DNA of 64,000 bases from Accumulibacter sp. Lineage in GTDB: Bacteria; Pseudomonadota; Gammaproteobacteria; Burkholderiales; Rhodocyclaceae. Positions 27,155 to 36,269 of the stretch are shown piece after piece. The position numbers and the translations under genes are program-made. The DNA is taken from the NCBI RefSeq assembly GCF_023806625.1, contig NZ_JAMTDX010000099.1, forward strand, positions 3,746 to 67,745, read 5' to 3'. Within the stretch, counting starts at the first letter, position 1. Each line of letters opens with the position of its first letter. Under the pieces are notes generated by a model, which made no database searches, had not been told where the DNA came from, and saw only the letters and a list, made by a program, of their open reading frames with translations.

Positions 27155-28260
27155 CGGTGCAGGCGGATCGCCCTTGCCGAACCACGTGGCTCGGGCGCCG
27201 TGCTCCTGAAGGCGACGACGTGATCGACGTCCAGACGAATGCCGATCATTTCGCCGATCGCGTGATCGTGATGCGACGGAACCAGCGAGAGGACCTCGAC
27301 GCCGCTCTGCAGGCGCAGGGTATAGAGAATCTCGGCCCCGCGAAAGGCCTTGCTGCGCACTTCGCCGGACAGGGTCGCCCGATCGTCATGAACGACGTCG
27401 TCGGGCCTGAGCAGGACCTCGACCCCGCAACCCTTGCCACAGGCCGCACAGCCCGGACTGCATTCGAGCGGAAGGCGCGACTGGAGAACACCGAGTTCGA
27501 TCTCGACGCGCCGCTCGTCGAGTACGACCCCCGGCAGGAAGACTCCCTGGCCAACGAAGTCGGCGACGAAGCGGTTCGCCGGCTCGTGGTACACGCGGTA
27601 AGGCGTGTCCCACTGCTGGATCGTGCCACCGGCCATGACGCCGACCTCGTCGGCCATGGCGAACGCCTCGTGCTGGTCGTGAGTGACGAGTACCGCGGTG
27701 ATTCCCTGACTCCTGAGAATCTCGCGGACCTCGAGTGACAGCCGCTCACGCAGATCGACATCGAGATTGGAAAACGGTTCGTCGAGCAGGATCAGCTGTG
27801 GTCTCGGGGCAAGCGCGCGCGCCAGGGCGACACGCTGCTGCTGTCCTCCGGAAAGTTCGTGCGGATAGCGCTGGCCCTGACCACTCAGGCCAACCGTCTG
27901 GAGCAGATCACCGACCCGGCGGCGCCGCTCGTCGCCGGACAACCCGGCCAGTCCGAAGCCGACGTTGGCCTCGACGGAGAGGTGCGGGAACAGCGCATAG
28001 TCCTGAAAGACCATGCCGATCTGCCGCCGCTCGGGCGGCAGGCGGCGGCCCGGGCTGCTCACGCGTCGCCCCTGCAGACGGATCTCACCACCCGCGAGAT
28101 CCTCGAAACCCGCGATGCAGCGCAACAGCGTCGTCTTGCCACAACCCGAGGGCCCGAGCAGGCAGGCGATGGTCCCGCTGTCGACACCGAAACTGACGCC
28201 GTCGACGACCGTGTGGCTTCCGTAGCGGTGAACGATACCGGAGACTTCGAGTTGGGCCAT
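27151..28260 (-). CDS. fbpC: Iron(III)/polyamine-type ABC importer ATP-binding protein (FbpC-like)
   Basis: ATG at 28260. Walker A GPSGCGKTT, signature LSGGQQQRVALARA, Walker B LILLDEPFSNLD, and a C-terminal TOBE-like regulatory domain. Confidence 0.88.
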   Translation of the reverse strand: MAQLEVSGIVHRYGSHTVVDGVSFGVDSGTIACLLGPSGCGKTTLLRCIAGFEDLAGGEIRLQGRRVSSPGRRLPPERRQIGMVFQDYALFPHLSVEANVGFGLAGLSGDERRRRVGDLLQTVGLSGQGQRYPHELSGGQQQRVALARALAPRPQLILLDEPFSNLDVDLRERLSLEVREILRSQGITAVLVTHDQHEAFAMADEVGVMAGGTIQQWDTPYRVYHEPANRFVADFVGQGVFLPGVVLDERRVEIELGVLQSRLPLECSPGCAACGKGCGVEVLLRPDDVVHDDRATLSGEVRSKAFRGAEILYTLRLQSGVEVLSLVPSHHDHAIGEMIGIRLDVDHVVAFRSTAPEPRGSARAIRLHR

Positions 28261-28380
28261 CGCGAGCGCTCGTCGTGTATGCCAGAGTCCAGGCCCAGGC
28301 GTTCCCAGGCAAGGCCGGCGGCAGGCGCCGGCGGAGCGGCCGGGCGTATCCATTATAATGGGTGCTCGACCGTCCAGCCC

Positions 28381-30018
28381 ATGACCGCCCAGCGTACAAA
28401 TCCCCTGCTCGTCGTCTCGATCGGCGTCGCCGTCCTGGTCGGGCTGCCGGTAGCCAGCCTCCTCGGTGGCATCCTTGGTAGCGGGACCGGGGCAACCTGG
28501 TCGCATCTTGCAGCAACGGTCCTTCCCGAGTACCTGGTCAACACGCTGTTGCTGTGCTTCGGTGTCGGATCGGGCGTCGTCCTGGTCGGGGTCACCACCG
28601 CCTGGCTGACCGCGATGCACGAGTTCCCGGGAAAGCGCTTCTTCGAATGGGCGCTGGTCCTGCCGATGGCCATGCCGGCTTACGTGATGGCCTACGTGTA
28701 CACCGATTTCCTCCAGTTCGTCGGACCGCTGCAGAGCGCTCTACGCGAATCTTTTGGCTGGGACCGGTCCGATTACTGGTTTCCGGAAGTGCGCAGTCTC
28801 GGCGGCGCGGTGGCGATGTTCGTCTTCGTCCTCTACCCCTACGTGTACCTGCTCGCCCGAACGGCGTTCCTCGAGCGTGCGAGTCGCCTCGCCGAGGCGG
28901 CGCGGATGCTTGGACTCGGCCCGTGGCGGAGCTTCTTCCGCGTATCGCTGCCTCTGGCCAGACCGGCAGTCGTCGCCGGAACCACGCTGGCGCTGATGGA
29001 AACGCTCGCCGACTACGGAACGGTTTCATACTTCGCCGTGCAGACCTTCACCACGGGAATCTACCGGGCCTGGTTCTCGCTCGGCGATCGCCTGGCTTCT
29101 GCGCAACTCGCCGCCGCGCTGCTCGGCTTCGTCGTCGTGCTGCTCGCCGTCGAACAGCTCTCGCGCGGTCGCGCGAGCTTCCAGAACACCGGTGGGCACC
29201 GTCAGCGCAGGTCGGGCCAGCGCCTGCCAGGCGGCCAGGCAATCCTGGCCGTTGCCGCCTGCTCACTGCCGCTGGCCGTCGGCTTCGTCGTGCCGGCGTA
29301 TCTGCTGCTGCGCCTCGCGCTCGGCGAGCACGAGGCGAGCCCTTTCGCCGGACATTTCCTCGTCCTCGCGCGCAACAGTCTGGTCCTCGCCAGCGTGACG
29401 GCATTGACCGCACTCGTCCTGGCGGTACTGCTCGCCTACGGGGAACGACTCGCGAAGGGCCCGCTCGCACGGCTGCTCAATCGCCTGGTCAGCCTGGGCT
29501 ACGCGGTTCCGGGCTCGGTGATCGCCGTCGGCGTGCTGATTCCGGTGACCCGCCTCGATCATTGGCTGGCCAATCAATGGCAGGAGTGGACCGGAGAAAA
29601 CCCCGGCCTGGTGCTCACCGGCGGGATCGCTGCGCTCGTCTACGCCTACCTCGTGCGCTTCCTGGCAATCGCCCTGCAGACCGTCGGCACCGGGCTCGCC
29701 AGGATCACCAGGCACATGGACGAGGCCGCGCGTAGCCTCGGGCTCGCCCAGTGGCCGACGCTTTGCCGGGTACACCTGCCGATCCTGCGCGGCACCCTGT
29801 TCGCCGCCGGCCTGCTGGTTTTCGTGGACGTGATGAAGGAATTGCCGGCAACGCTGGTCATGCGCCCGTTCGACTTCGACACGCTGGCCACCCAGGCGTA
29901 TACCCTCGCCTCGGACGAACGCCTCGGCGAAGCAGCGGCGGTCTCGCTGGCGATCGTCGTCGTCGGCCTGCTGCCGCTGATCGTGCTCGGCCGCCAGATC
30001 GCGCGTAGTCACCGCTGA
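28381..30018 (+). CDS. fbpB: Iron(III) ABC transporter permease (FbpB-like, duplicated 6-TM permease)
   Basis: ATG at 28381. 545 aa with two MetI-like permease halves, each with an EAA-type loop (EAARMLGLGPW.. and EAARSLGLAQW..). Confidence 0.88.
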   Translation: MTAQRTNPLLVVSIGVAVLVGLPVASLLGGILGSGTGATWSHLAATVLPEYLVNTLLLCFGVGSGVVLVGVTTAWLTAMHEFPGKRFFEWALVLPMAMPAYVMAYVYTDFLQFVGPLQSALRESFGWDRSDYWFPEVRSLGGAVAMFVFVLYPYVYLLARTAFLERASRLAEAARMLGLGPWRSFFRVSLPLARPAVVAGTTLALMETLADYGTVSYFAVQTFTTGIYRAWFSLGDRLASAQLAAALLGFVVVLLAVEQLSRGRASFQNTGGHRQRRSGQRLPGGQAILAVAACSLPLAVGFVVPAYLLLRLALGEHEASPFAGHFLVLARNSLVLASVTALTALVLAVLLAYGERLAKGPLARLLNRLVSLGYAVPGSVIAVGVLIPVTRLDHWLANQWQEWTGENPGLVLTGGIAALVYAYLVRFLAIALQTVGTGLARITRHMDEAARSLGLAQWPTLCRVHLPILRGTLFAAGLLVFVDVMKELPATLVMRPFDFDTLATQAYTLASDERLGEAAAVSLAIVVVGLLPLIVLGRQIARSHR

Positions 30019-30051
30019 ATCGGCAATCGCCACCGCCGGCCGCGCGGCCGG

Positions 30052-31077
30052 TCAACGATAACCGACCCGGTCGAAGATGATCTGGGCCTTGGCGCGATAG
30101 GTGCCCAGCGAACCGACGGGCAGGCTGTCAGCCTTGAACTTTCCGAGAGCTTCGAGCGCCGGATTGGCGACCTTGACCCCGGCGACGACCGGCCATTCGT
30201 TGTTGCCGTCCGCGAAGTAGCGTTGCGCCTCGTCACTGGCCAGGTATTCGAGGAACTTGACCGCTGCCTCACGGTGCGGCGCGGTCTTCAGAACGCCGCC
30301 CCCGGAGACGTTGACATGCGCGCCGTTGCCCTGCTGATCCGGCCAGACGACGGCGATCCGTTCGATCACCTTGCGATCCTCGGCCTTTTCCGAGCGCATC
30401 ATCCGGGCCAGGTAATAGGTATTGGCCAGCGCCACCGCGCACTCACCGGCCGAGACGGCACGAATCTGATCCGTATCACCGCCCCGAGGCGAGCGAGCCA
30501 GATTGGCGACGACGCCCCTCGCCCATTGTTCGGCCCTGGCTTCGCCCTCGTGGGCGATGATCGAGGCGAGCAGCGAAAGGTTGTAGGGGTGAGAAGCCGA
30601 ACGCGAGCAGACCTTGCCCCTGAGCCGTGGGTCGGCGAGATCGGCGTAGGTCCGCAACTCTTCGGGCCTGACCGCCCCCTTGGCGTAGATGATCACCCGC
30701 GCGCGCATCGAAAACGAGAACCAGTCGCCGGTGCGCAGATGGGCCGGGATACGCCTTTCCAGAACGGCCGACTTGACTGGCGCAAAAAGACCCATCTCGT
30801 GCGCGGCCGACAGGCGAGCGGCGTCGACGGTCAGCAGGACATCGGCCGGGCTGTTCGCGCCCTCGTTCCTGATCCGTTCGAGCAGTTCGTCTTCCTTGCC
30901 TTCGATTCTCCGGATCGTGATCCCGGTCCGCTGCGTGAATTCGCTGTACAGAGCTTCGTCGGTCTGGTAGTGGCGCGCCGAGTAGAGGTTGAGAACCTTC
31001 TCCTCGGCGGGGACCCCGCTGACCCAAAGCGCAGCGATGAACAGGCCGAGCAGGCGAAAGGCCCAGCGGTGCTTCAT
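30052..31077 (-). CDS. fbpA: Fe(3+) ABC transporter periplasmic substrate-binding protein (FbpA/AfuA-like)
   Basis: Signal peptide followed by KVLNLYSARHYQTDEALY, the typical start of ferric-binding proteins. SD GGAGG lies 6 nt upstream. Confidence 0.88.
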   Translation of the reverse strand: MKHRWAFRLLGLFIAALWVSGVPAEEKVLNLYSARHYQTDEALYSEFTQRTGITIRRIEGKEDELLERIRNEGANSPADVLLTVDAARLSAAHEMGLFAPVKSAVLERRIPAHLRTGDWFSFSMRARVIIYAKGAVRPEELRTYADLADPRLRGKVCSRSASHPYNLSLLASIIAHEGEARAEQWARGVVANLARSPRGGDTDQIRAVSAGECAVALANTYYLARMMRSEKAEDRKVIERIAVVWPDQQGNGAHVNVSGGGVLKTAPHREAAVKFLEYLASDEAQRYFADGNNEWPVVAGVKVANPALEALGKFKADSLPVGSLGTYRAKAQIIFDRVGYR

Positions 31078-31149
31078 GATGATCCTCCGGTCAGGTCAGC
31101 GAGACAGTCTTCCTGACCGGCGATCATATCCGAAAACGCGCCTCCCGCA

Positions 31150-31167
31150 GATGAGAATCGTTATTGC
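31150..31167. promoter_or_regulatory. Fur-box-like site upstream of fbpA
   Basis: GATGAGAATCGTTATTGC matches the Fur 7-1-7 core TGATAAT-N-ATTATCA at about 10 of 14 positions. It is AT-rich in a GC-rich context, 73-90 nt upstream of the iron-binding-protein start. Confidence 0.4.
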
Positions 31168-31176
31168 TAAACGCCG

Positions 31177-31207
31177 GCAAGCGACGCCGCTCAGCGGCGT
31201 CGCTTGC
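31177..31207 (-). terminator. Hairpin terminator candidate downstream of the NlpC/P60 gene
   Basis: Perfect 14-bp stem GCAAGCGACGCCGC-TCA-GCGGCGTCGCTTGC, 18 nt after the stop. The U tract on the minus strand is weak (CGTTTAG). Confidence 0.5.
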
Positions 31208-31224
31208 TCGTCGCGTGACCCGAT

Positions 31225-31734
31225 TCAGCGTGAGAGCAGCCGGCGTGCCCCGTTGTAACGCTCGATCCAGTAGCTCTGGCGCATGTCGTCGACGCGGATC
31301 TCCGCACCCGTGCGCGGCGCGTGCAGGAACCGGTTGTCGCCGAGGTAGATGCCGACGTGCGAGAAGGCCCTGCGCATCGTGTTGAAGAAAACGAGATCGC
31401 CAGCCTTCAGCTCGTGACGGTCGATGACCGCACCGATTTCGCTCTGTTCGCGAGCGCTCCGGGGCAGGAGGATGCCCATCGTCTCCTTGAACACGAGTTG
31501 CACGAAGCCGCTGCAGTCGAGACCGGTATCCGGATTCGTTCCGCCGAAGCGATAGTTGATGCCGATCAGCTCGAAGCCCTTGAGGATCAGATCCTGCGCG
31601 CTGCTCGTGTAGCGCTCGATGAGCGAGGGCTCTTCGACTGCCTGCTGCTGTTCGTTGGCGTGGACCGGAGCCAGCCCTGGAAGGATCGTCAGAGCGGCGC
31701 TGAAAACGCAGTTGAGGATGTGTTTTTTGACCAT
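31225..31734 (-). CDS. NlpC/P60 (C40) family cell-wall peptidase
   Basis: ATG at 31734. Signal peptide, catalytic Cys block GLDCSGFVQLVF, His block FSHVGIYLGDNRFLHAP. Confidence 0.9.
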   Translation of the reverse strand: MVKKHILNCVFSAALTILPGLAPVHANEQQQAVEEPSLIERYTSSAQDLILKGFELIGINYRFGGTNPDTGLDCSGFVQLVFKETMGILLPRSAREQSEIGAVIDRHELKAGDLVFFNTMRRAFSHVGIYLGDNRFLHAPRTGAEIRVDDMRQSYWIERYNGARRLLSR

Positions 31735-32085
31735 GGGGCCGAAATTTATGTGAAAAATGTCACACTGTAAACCCCCTGCCGGACAACGGCCTCTGCACAC
31801 GGCACTCCAGCTTGCTGCAGCAAGGTTCTAACTTAAAGCGGAAAATCACCAATCCGGCGAGCCAGGGACAGGATGCTGCCGTGCACAGCGGACCGCTGGC
31901 GGAGGCCGGCCAGGCCGCCGCGGCCAGCTCCGCCGACGAGCGCACGCCGGTTGGCGGTACGCCGCGCCGAGCGCCAGCGAAGGAAAACCGGGGAGATTGT
32001 GTTTATAATCGGCGAGCCGGAGCCCGCCCGCCATCACATCATTGAGCGAGCAGCCAGGCGCTCCGATCCACCGGACGAAAAGAAC

Positions 32086-33081
32086 ATGAGACCTTTCAAG
32101 GCTTATCTGATCGAGGAAGAGGCAGGACAGGCCCGCGGACGCTTCGTGATGATGGACGAAGCACAGCTCGATCCGGGCGAAGTGACGATCAGGGTCTCGT
32201 ACTCGAGCGTCAATTACAAGGATGCGCTGGCTGCGACGGGTACCGGGAAGATCATCAGGCGTTACCCTTGCGTCGGCGGCATCGACCTGTCGGGAATCGT
32301 CGAGGCCAGCGCCGATGCGCGCTTCCGGGCCGGCGACGAGGTCATCGCGACGAGTTTCGACATCGGCGTCGCGCATCACGGCGGCTACGCCAAGTACGCG
32401 CGCATCCCGGCAGACTGGGTGGTGCCACTGCCTTCCGGGATGTCGCTGCTCGAGGCAATGGCCCTCGGTACCGCGGGCTTCACCGCGGCGCTCGGGGTCG
32501 TGCGCATGGAGGAAAACGGACTGACGCCCGACAAGGGCCCGGTGATCGTCACCGGGGCGACCGGGGGAGTCGGCAGCCTGGCGATCGACATCCTTGCGGG
32601 ACGCGGCTATCAGGTCACTGCGCTGACCGGCAAGGACGGCGAGACCGGGTATCTCGAGCAGCTCGGTGCGGCCGAAGTGATCTCCCGTTCGGCCCTCGAC
32701 CTCAAGCGCATCAGACCGTTGGACAGGGGAATCTGGGCCGGAGCCGTCGACAACCTCGGAGGCGAGGTGCTCGCCTGGATCCTCAGCACCCTCAGGCAAG
32801 GCGGGACGGTCGCCAGCATTGGCCTGGCCGCCAGCCCGACCCTGAACACGACGGTCATGCCGTTCATCCTCCGCGGAGCCTCGCTGCTCGGCATCGACTC
32901 GGGTTACATCGGCGATCCCTATCGCCAGGGTGTCTGGCAACGCCTGTCCGCAGACCTGCGCCCGCGTCACCTGCGGGACATGGTCCGGACCGTGGGTCTC
33001 GAAGAATTGCCCGGTCTGTTCGACGGTTTCATTCAGGGCCGCGCCCACGGCCGCGTGGTCGTCGATGTGGCCGGCGGGTGA
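32086..33081 (+). CDS. acuI: YhdH/AcuI-family NADPH-dependent acryloyl-CoA reductase (MDR quinone oxidoreductase)
   Basis: ATG at 32086. Motifs VSYSSVNYKDALA, GGYAKYARIPADWVVPLP, VTGATGGVGSLAI. Confidence 0.82.
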   Translation: MRPFKAYLIEEEAGQARGRFVMMDEAQLDPGEVTIRVSYSSVNYKDALAATGTGKIIRRYPCVGGIDLSGIVEASADARFRAGDEVIATSFDIGVAHHGGYAKYARIPADWVVPLPSGMSLLEAMALGTAGFTAALGVVRMEENGLTPDKGPVIVTGATGGVGSLAIDILAGRGYQVTALTGKDGETGYLEQLGAAEVISRSALDLKRIRPLDRGIWAGAVDNLGGEVLAWILSTLRQGGTVASIGLAASPTLNTTVMPFILRGASLLGIDSGYIGDPYRQGVWQRLSADLRPRHLRDMVRTVGLEELPGLFDGFIQGRAHGRVVVDVAGG

Positions 33082-33116
33082 ACCGGACCTGCGCCTGATA
33101 CGGGTCACTTGGGGTA

Positions 33117-34259
33117 ATGCCAGACGCCGACTGGAGACCGCGCATCCTGATCGTCGACGAGTCACGGATGGCCCGCGCGACACTGATCAAGCGCGTTCGT
33201 GATCACTACAATTTCCGCGAGGAGGTCGATGGCGAGGCGGGCTGGCAAGCGCTGGTTCTCGATCACTCGATTCAGCTGGTGATCTGCTCGCTGTCGATGC
33301 CGATACTCGACGGTGACGGCCTGCTGGGCAGGATCCGGTCTTCGAAACTCGCGCGCATCCGGCAGTTGCCGGTACTGGTCATCGCCGGCGACGATGAGGA
33401 AGCCAACGCGCGCGCCCGAGCGCTCGGTGCATCGGACTTCGTCGGCCGGGCGGCCGGATCCAGCGAACTGCTCACGCGCATCGCCTCGCTGCTGCAGGTC
33501 GCGCAGATACAGAGCGAACTCGCGCAAGGCGGCGATCGCCAGCTACGCGATCAGGAAGATGGTCTGATGACCCGCCAGCAGGTCACCATGCGCGCCGCGC
33601 GCGCGCTCGCGGAGGCGTTGCGACAGGACAGTCCGGTCAGCGTCCTGGTGATGAGCTTCGATCGTTACGCTGCCCTGCGAGAGGAACACGGCAGCGAGGT
33701 TCTCGCCAGACTGCAGAAGCGCCTCGCCAGCATGCTCGCGCAGAAGGTTCGCCGGGAAGACATCCTCGGTCATTTCTCGGAGAGCGAGCTGGTCGTCGTC
33801 TCGCCGGGAACGCCCTATCCGGCCTGTGAGGCCTTCGCGAACCGCCTTCGCGAGGCTTTCGCGGTGGCCAACATCGCGCTTCACGGACAACGCCTCGAGC
33901 TGCTGATCAGTGTGGGCGTCGTGAATACGCCGGTCGATCGGGTCGGATCGGCCGCCGAGATGCTCGAGCTCGCCGCGGATCGACTCAGGACTGCCCAGCT
34001 CGCTGGCGGAAACCGGGTTCTCGCCTGTGCCGACAAGGCGTCAGCAGGAGCTCCGGCACCGCGGTTGAGTCACGCGCTCGATCTGATTCGCAGCGGGCAC
34101 GCGGACGCGGTGGTTCCGCATCTCGCCGGCCTGGTCAACGAAATGCTCCCTTTTCTCGACTTGCTGGACAGGGAGTTGAAGCTGGACCTGCCGCTGGCAG
34201 GTATTCGAAAACGGTTGCTTGACCGGGAGCAGGCAGTCAAGGACACTCGGCAGGCATAG
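33117..34259 (+). CDS. Response-regulator-like protein with a degenerate receiver and a degenerate GGDEF domain
   Basis: REC fold (ILIVDESRMAR...LPVLVIAGDD), but by motif alignment the phospho-acceptor position reads Ser (VICSLSMPILDG). The GGDEF-fold region has SESEL where GG(D/E)EF is expected (GHFSESELVVVSPG). Confidence 0.75.
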   Translation: MPDADWRPRILIVDESRMARATLIKRVRDHYNFREEVDGEAGWQALVLDHSIQLVICSLSMPILDGDGLLGRIRSSKLARIRQLPVLVIAGDDEEANARARALGASDFVGRAAGSSELLTRIASLLQVAQIQSELAQGGDRQLRDQEDGLMTRQQVTMRAARALAEALRQDSPVSVLVMSFDRYAALREEHGSEVLARLQKRLASMLAQKVRREDILGHFSESELVVVSPGTPYPACEAFANRLREAFAVANIALHGQRLELLISVGVVNTPVDRVGSAAEMLELAADRLRTAQLAGGNRVLACADKASAGAPAPRLSHALDLIRSGHADAVVPHLAGLVNEMLPFLDLLDRELKLDLPLAGIRKRLLDREQAVKDTRQA

Positions 34260-34307
34260 ATCCCACGGGTGCAGGTGGGTGTTTCACATTCTGGAAGAGG
34301 GAGTCTC

Positions 34308-36206
34308 ATGACCACAGTCAAAGAATTTCACAAGAAATCGATCGAGGATCCGGAAGGCTTCTGGGGCGAGGAAGCAAAACTCGTGCACTGGCACAAGCCG
34401 TTCACCAAGGTGCTCGACTTCTCCCGCCCGCCGTTCGCCAAGTGGTTCGTCGGCGGCGAAACGAACCTCTGCTACAACGCCGTCGACCGGCACGCCGAGA
34501 AGCGGCCGAACGACCGCGCGCTGGTCTTCATCTCGACGGAGACCGATCAGGAGAAGGTCTACACCTACAGCGAACTCAAGGCCGAGGTCATGCGCATGGC
34601 GGCGATCATGCAAAGCCTTGGCGTCGGCAAGGGTGACCGAGTGCTGATCTACATGCCGATGATCGCCGAGGCGATGTTCGCGATGCTCGCCTGCGCACGC
34701 ATCGGCGCGATCCACTCGGTCGTTTTCGGCGGCTTCGCCTCGGGTTCGCTGGCCACACGCATCGACGACGCAACGCCGAAGATCGTCGTCTCGTCCGACG
34801 CCGGGATGCGCGCCGGCAAGGCCGTCCCGTACAAGCACCTGCTCGACGAGGCGATCGAGCTCGCGCAGCACAAACCGGCCAAGGTCCTGATGGTCGACCG
34901 CGGGCTCGACAAGGGCTTCAACAGAGTCGAAGGTCGCGACGTCGACTACGCGACGTTGCGCGCGCAGCACATCGACGCCGACGTTCCGGTGACCTGGCTC
35001 GAGTCGTCCGAGCCTTCGTACATCCTCTACACCTCCGGAACCACCGGCAAACCGAAGGGAGTCCAGCGCGACACCGGCGGCTATGCCGTCGCGCTCGCTG
35101 CATCGATCAAGAACATCTACTGCGGCGCAGAGGGTGAAACCTACTTCGCGACTTCGGACATCGGCTGGGTCGTCGGCCACTCGTACATCGTCTATGGTCC
35201 GCTGATCGCCGGCATGGCGACGATCATGTACGAAGGGACGCCGATCCGCCCCGACCCCGGGATCTGGTGGCAGATCGTCGAGAAGTACAAGGTCAGCGTC
35301 ATGTTCTCGGCGCCGACCGCGGCTCGGGTCCTCAAGAAGCACGACACGGCGTACATGCACAAGTACGATCTTTCGAGCCTCAAGCACCTGTTCCTCGCCG
35401 GCGAGCCGCTCGACCAGCCGACCCACGAATGGATCATGGGCGAACTCGGTCTGCCGGTAATCGACAACTACTGGCAGACCGAGACCGGCTGGCCGATCCT
35501 CTCGTCGATGCCCGGCGTGGAGAAGACGGAGATTCGCTACGGCACACCGAGCTTCCCCGTGTACGGCTACAACCTCAAGATCTTCCGTGAGGACGGAACG
35601 ATCTGCGACGTCGACGAGAAGGGGATAGTCGGAATCCTGCCGCCCTTGCCACCGGGCTGCCTGTCGACGGTCTGGGGCGACGACGCGCGTTTCGTATCGA
35701 CCTACTTCTCGCTGTTCCGCGAGCCGCAGGTCTACTCGTCGTTCGACTGGGGGATCAAGGACAAGGACGGTTACCACTACATCCTCGGCCGCACCGACGA
35801 CGTGATCAACGTCGCCGGACACCGCCTCGGTACGCGCGAGATCGAGGAGGCGATCCAGGGACACAGCGCGATCGCCGAAGTCGCGGTCGTCGGCGTCGCC
35901 GACCAACTCAAGGGCCAGATGCCGATGGCTTTCGCCGTGGTCAAGAACGCGGAGCACATCGCCACCCCCGAACTGGCCGCCAGGCTCGAGAAGGAGGTGA
36001 TGAAGCAGGTCGACGACACGCTCGGCGCGATCGCCCGTCCGAGCCGCGTCCATTTCCTGACCGTGCTGCCGAAGACCCGCTCGGGCAAGCTTCTGCGGCG
36101 ATCGATCCAGGCCCTCGCCGAAGGTCGCGACCCTGGCGACCTGACGACGATCGAGGATCCGACGGCGCTCGCGCAGATCCAGCGCGCGCTGGGCCACAAG
36201 GCCTGA
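34308..36206 (+). CDS. prpE: Propionate--CoA ligase
   Basis: ATG at 34308 with a GGAAGAGGGAG upstream. Near-colinear with enterobacterial PrpE blocks (FWGEEAK, PPFAKWFVGGETNLCYNAVDRH, YTSGTTGKPKGVQRDTGGYAVAL, DIGWVVGHSYIVYGPL). Confidence 0.93.
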   Translation: MTTVKEFHKKSIEDPEGFWGEEAKLVHWHKPFTKVLDFSRPPFAKWFVGGETNLCYNAVDRHAEKRPNDRALVFISTETDQEKVYTYSELKAEVMRMAAIMQSLGVGKGDRVLIYMPMIAEAMFAMLACARIGAIHSVVFGGFASGSLATRIDDATPKIVVSSDAGMRAGKAVPYKHLLDEAIELAQHKPAKVLMVDRGLDKGFNRVEGRDVDYATLRAQHIDADVPVTWLESSEPSYILYTSGTTGKPKGVQRDTGGYAVALAASIKNIYCGAEGETYFATSDIGWVVGHSYIVYGPLIAGMATIMYEGTPIRPDPGIWWQIVEKYKVSVMFSAPTAARVLKKHDTAYMHKYDLSSLKHLFLAGEPLDQPTHEWIMGELGLPVIDNYWQTETGWPILSSMPGVEKTEIRYGTPSFPVYGYNLKIFREDGTICDVDEKGIVGILPPLPPGCLSTVWGDDARFVSTYFSLFREPQVYSSFDWGIKDKDGYHYILGRTDDVINVAGHRLGTREIEEAIQGHSAIAEVAVVGVADQLKGQMPMAFAVVKNAEHIATPELAARLEKEVMKQVDDTLGAIARPSRVHFLTVLPKTRSGKLLRRSIQALAEGRDPGDLTTIEDPTALAQIQRALGHKA

Positions 36207-36234
36207 TCGCCGGTCGCCCCGACGCCGAGCACGG

Positions 36235-36269
36235 AGGCCTGCCGCGCCTGGGCGCGGCAGGCCTTTTTT
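36235..36269 (+). terminator. Rho-independent terminator of prpE
   Basis: AGGCCTGCCGCGC-CTGG-GCGCGGCAGGCCT stem followed by a T run (36264-36269), about 30 nt after the prpE stop. Confidence 0.8.
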
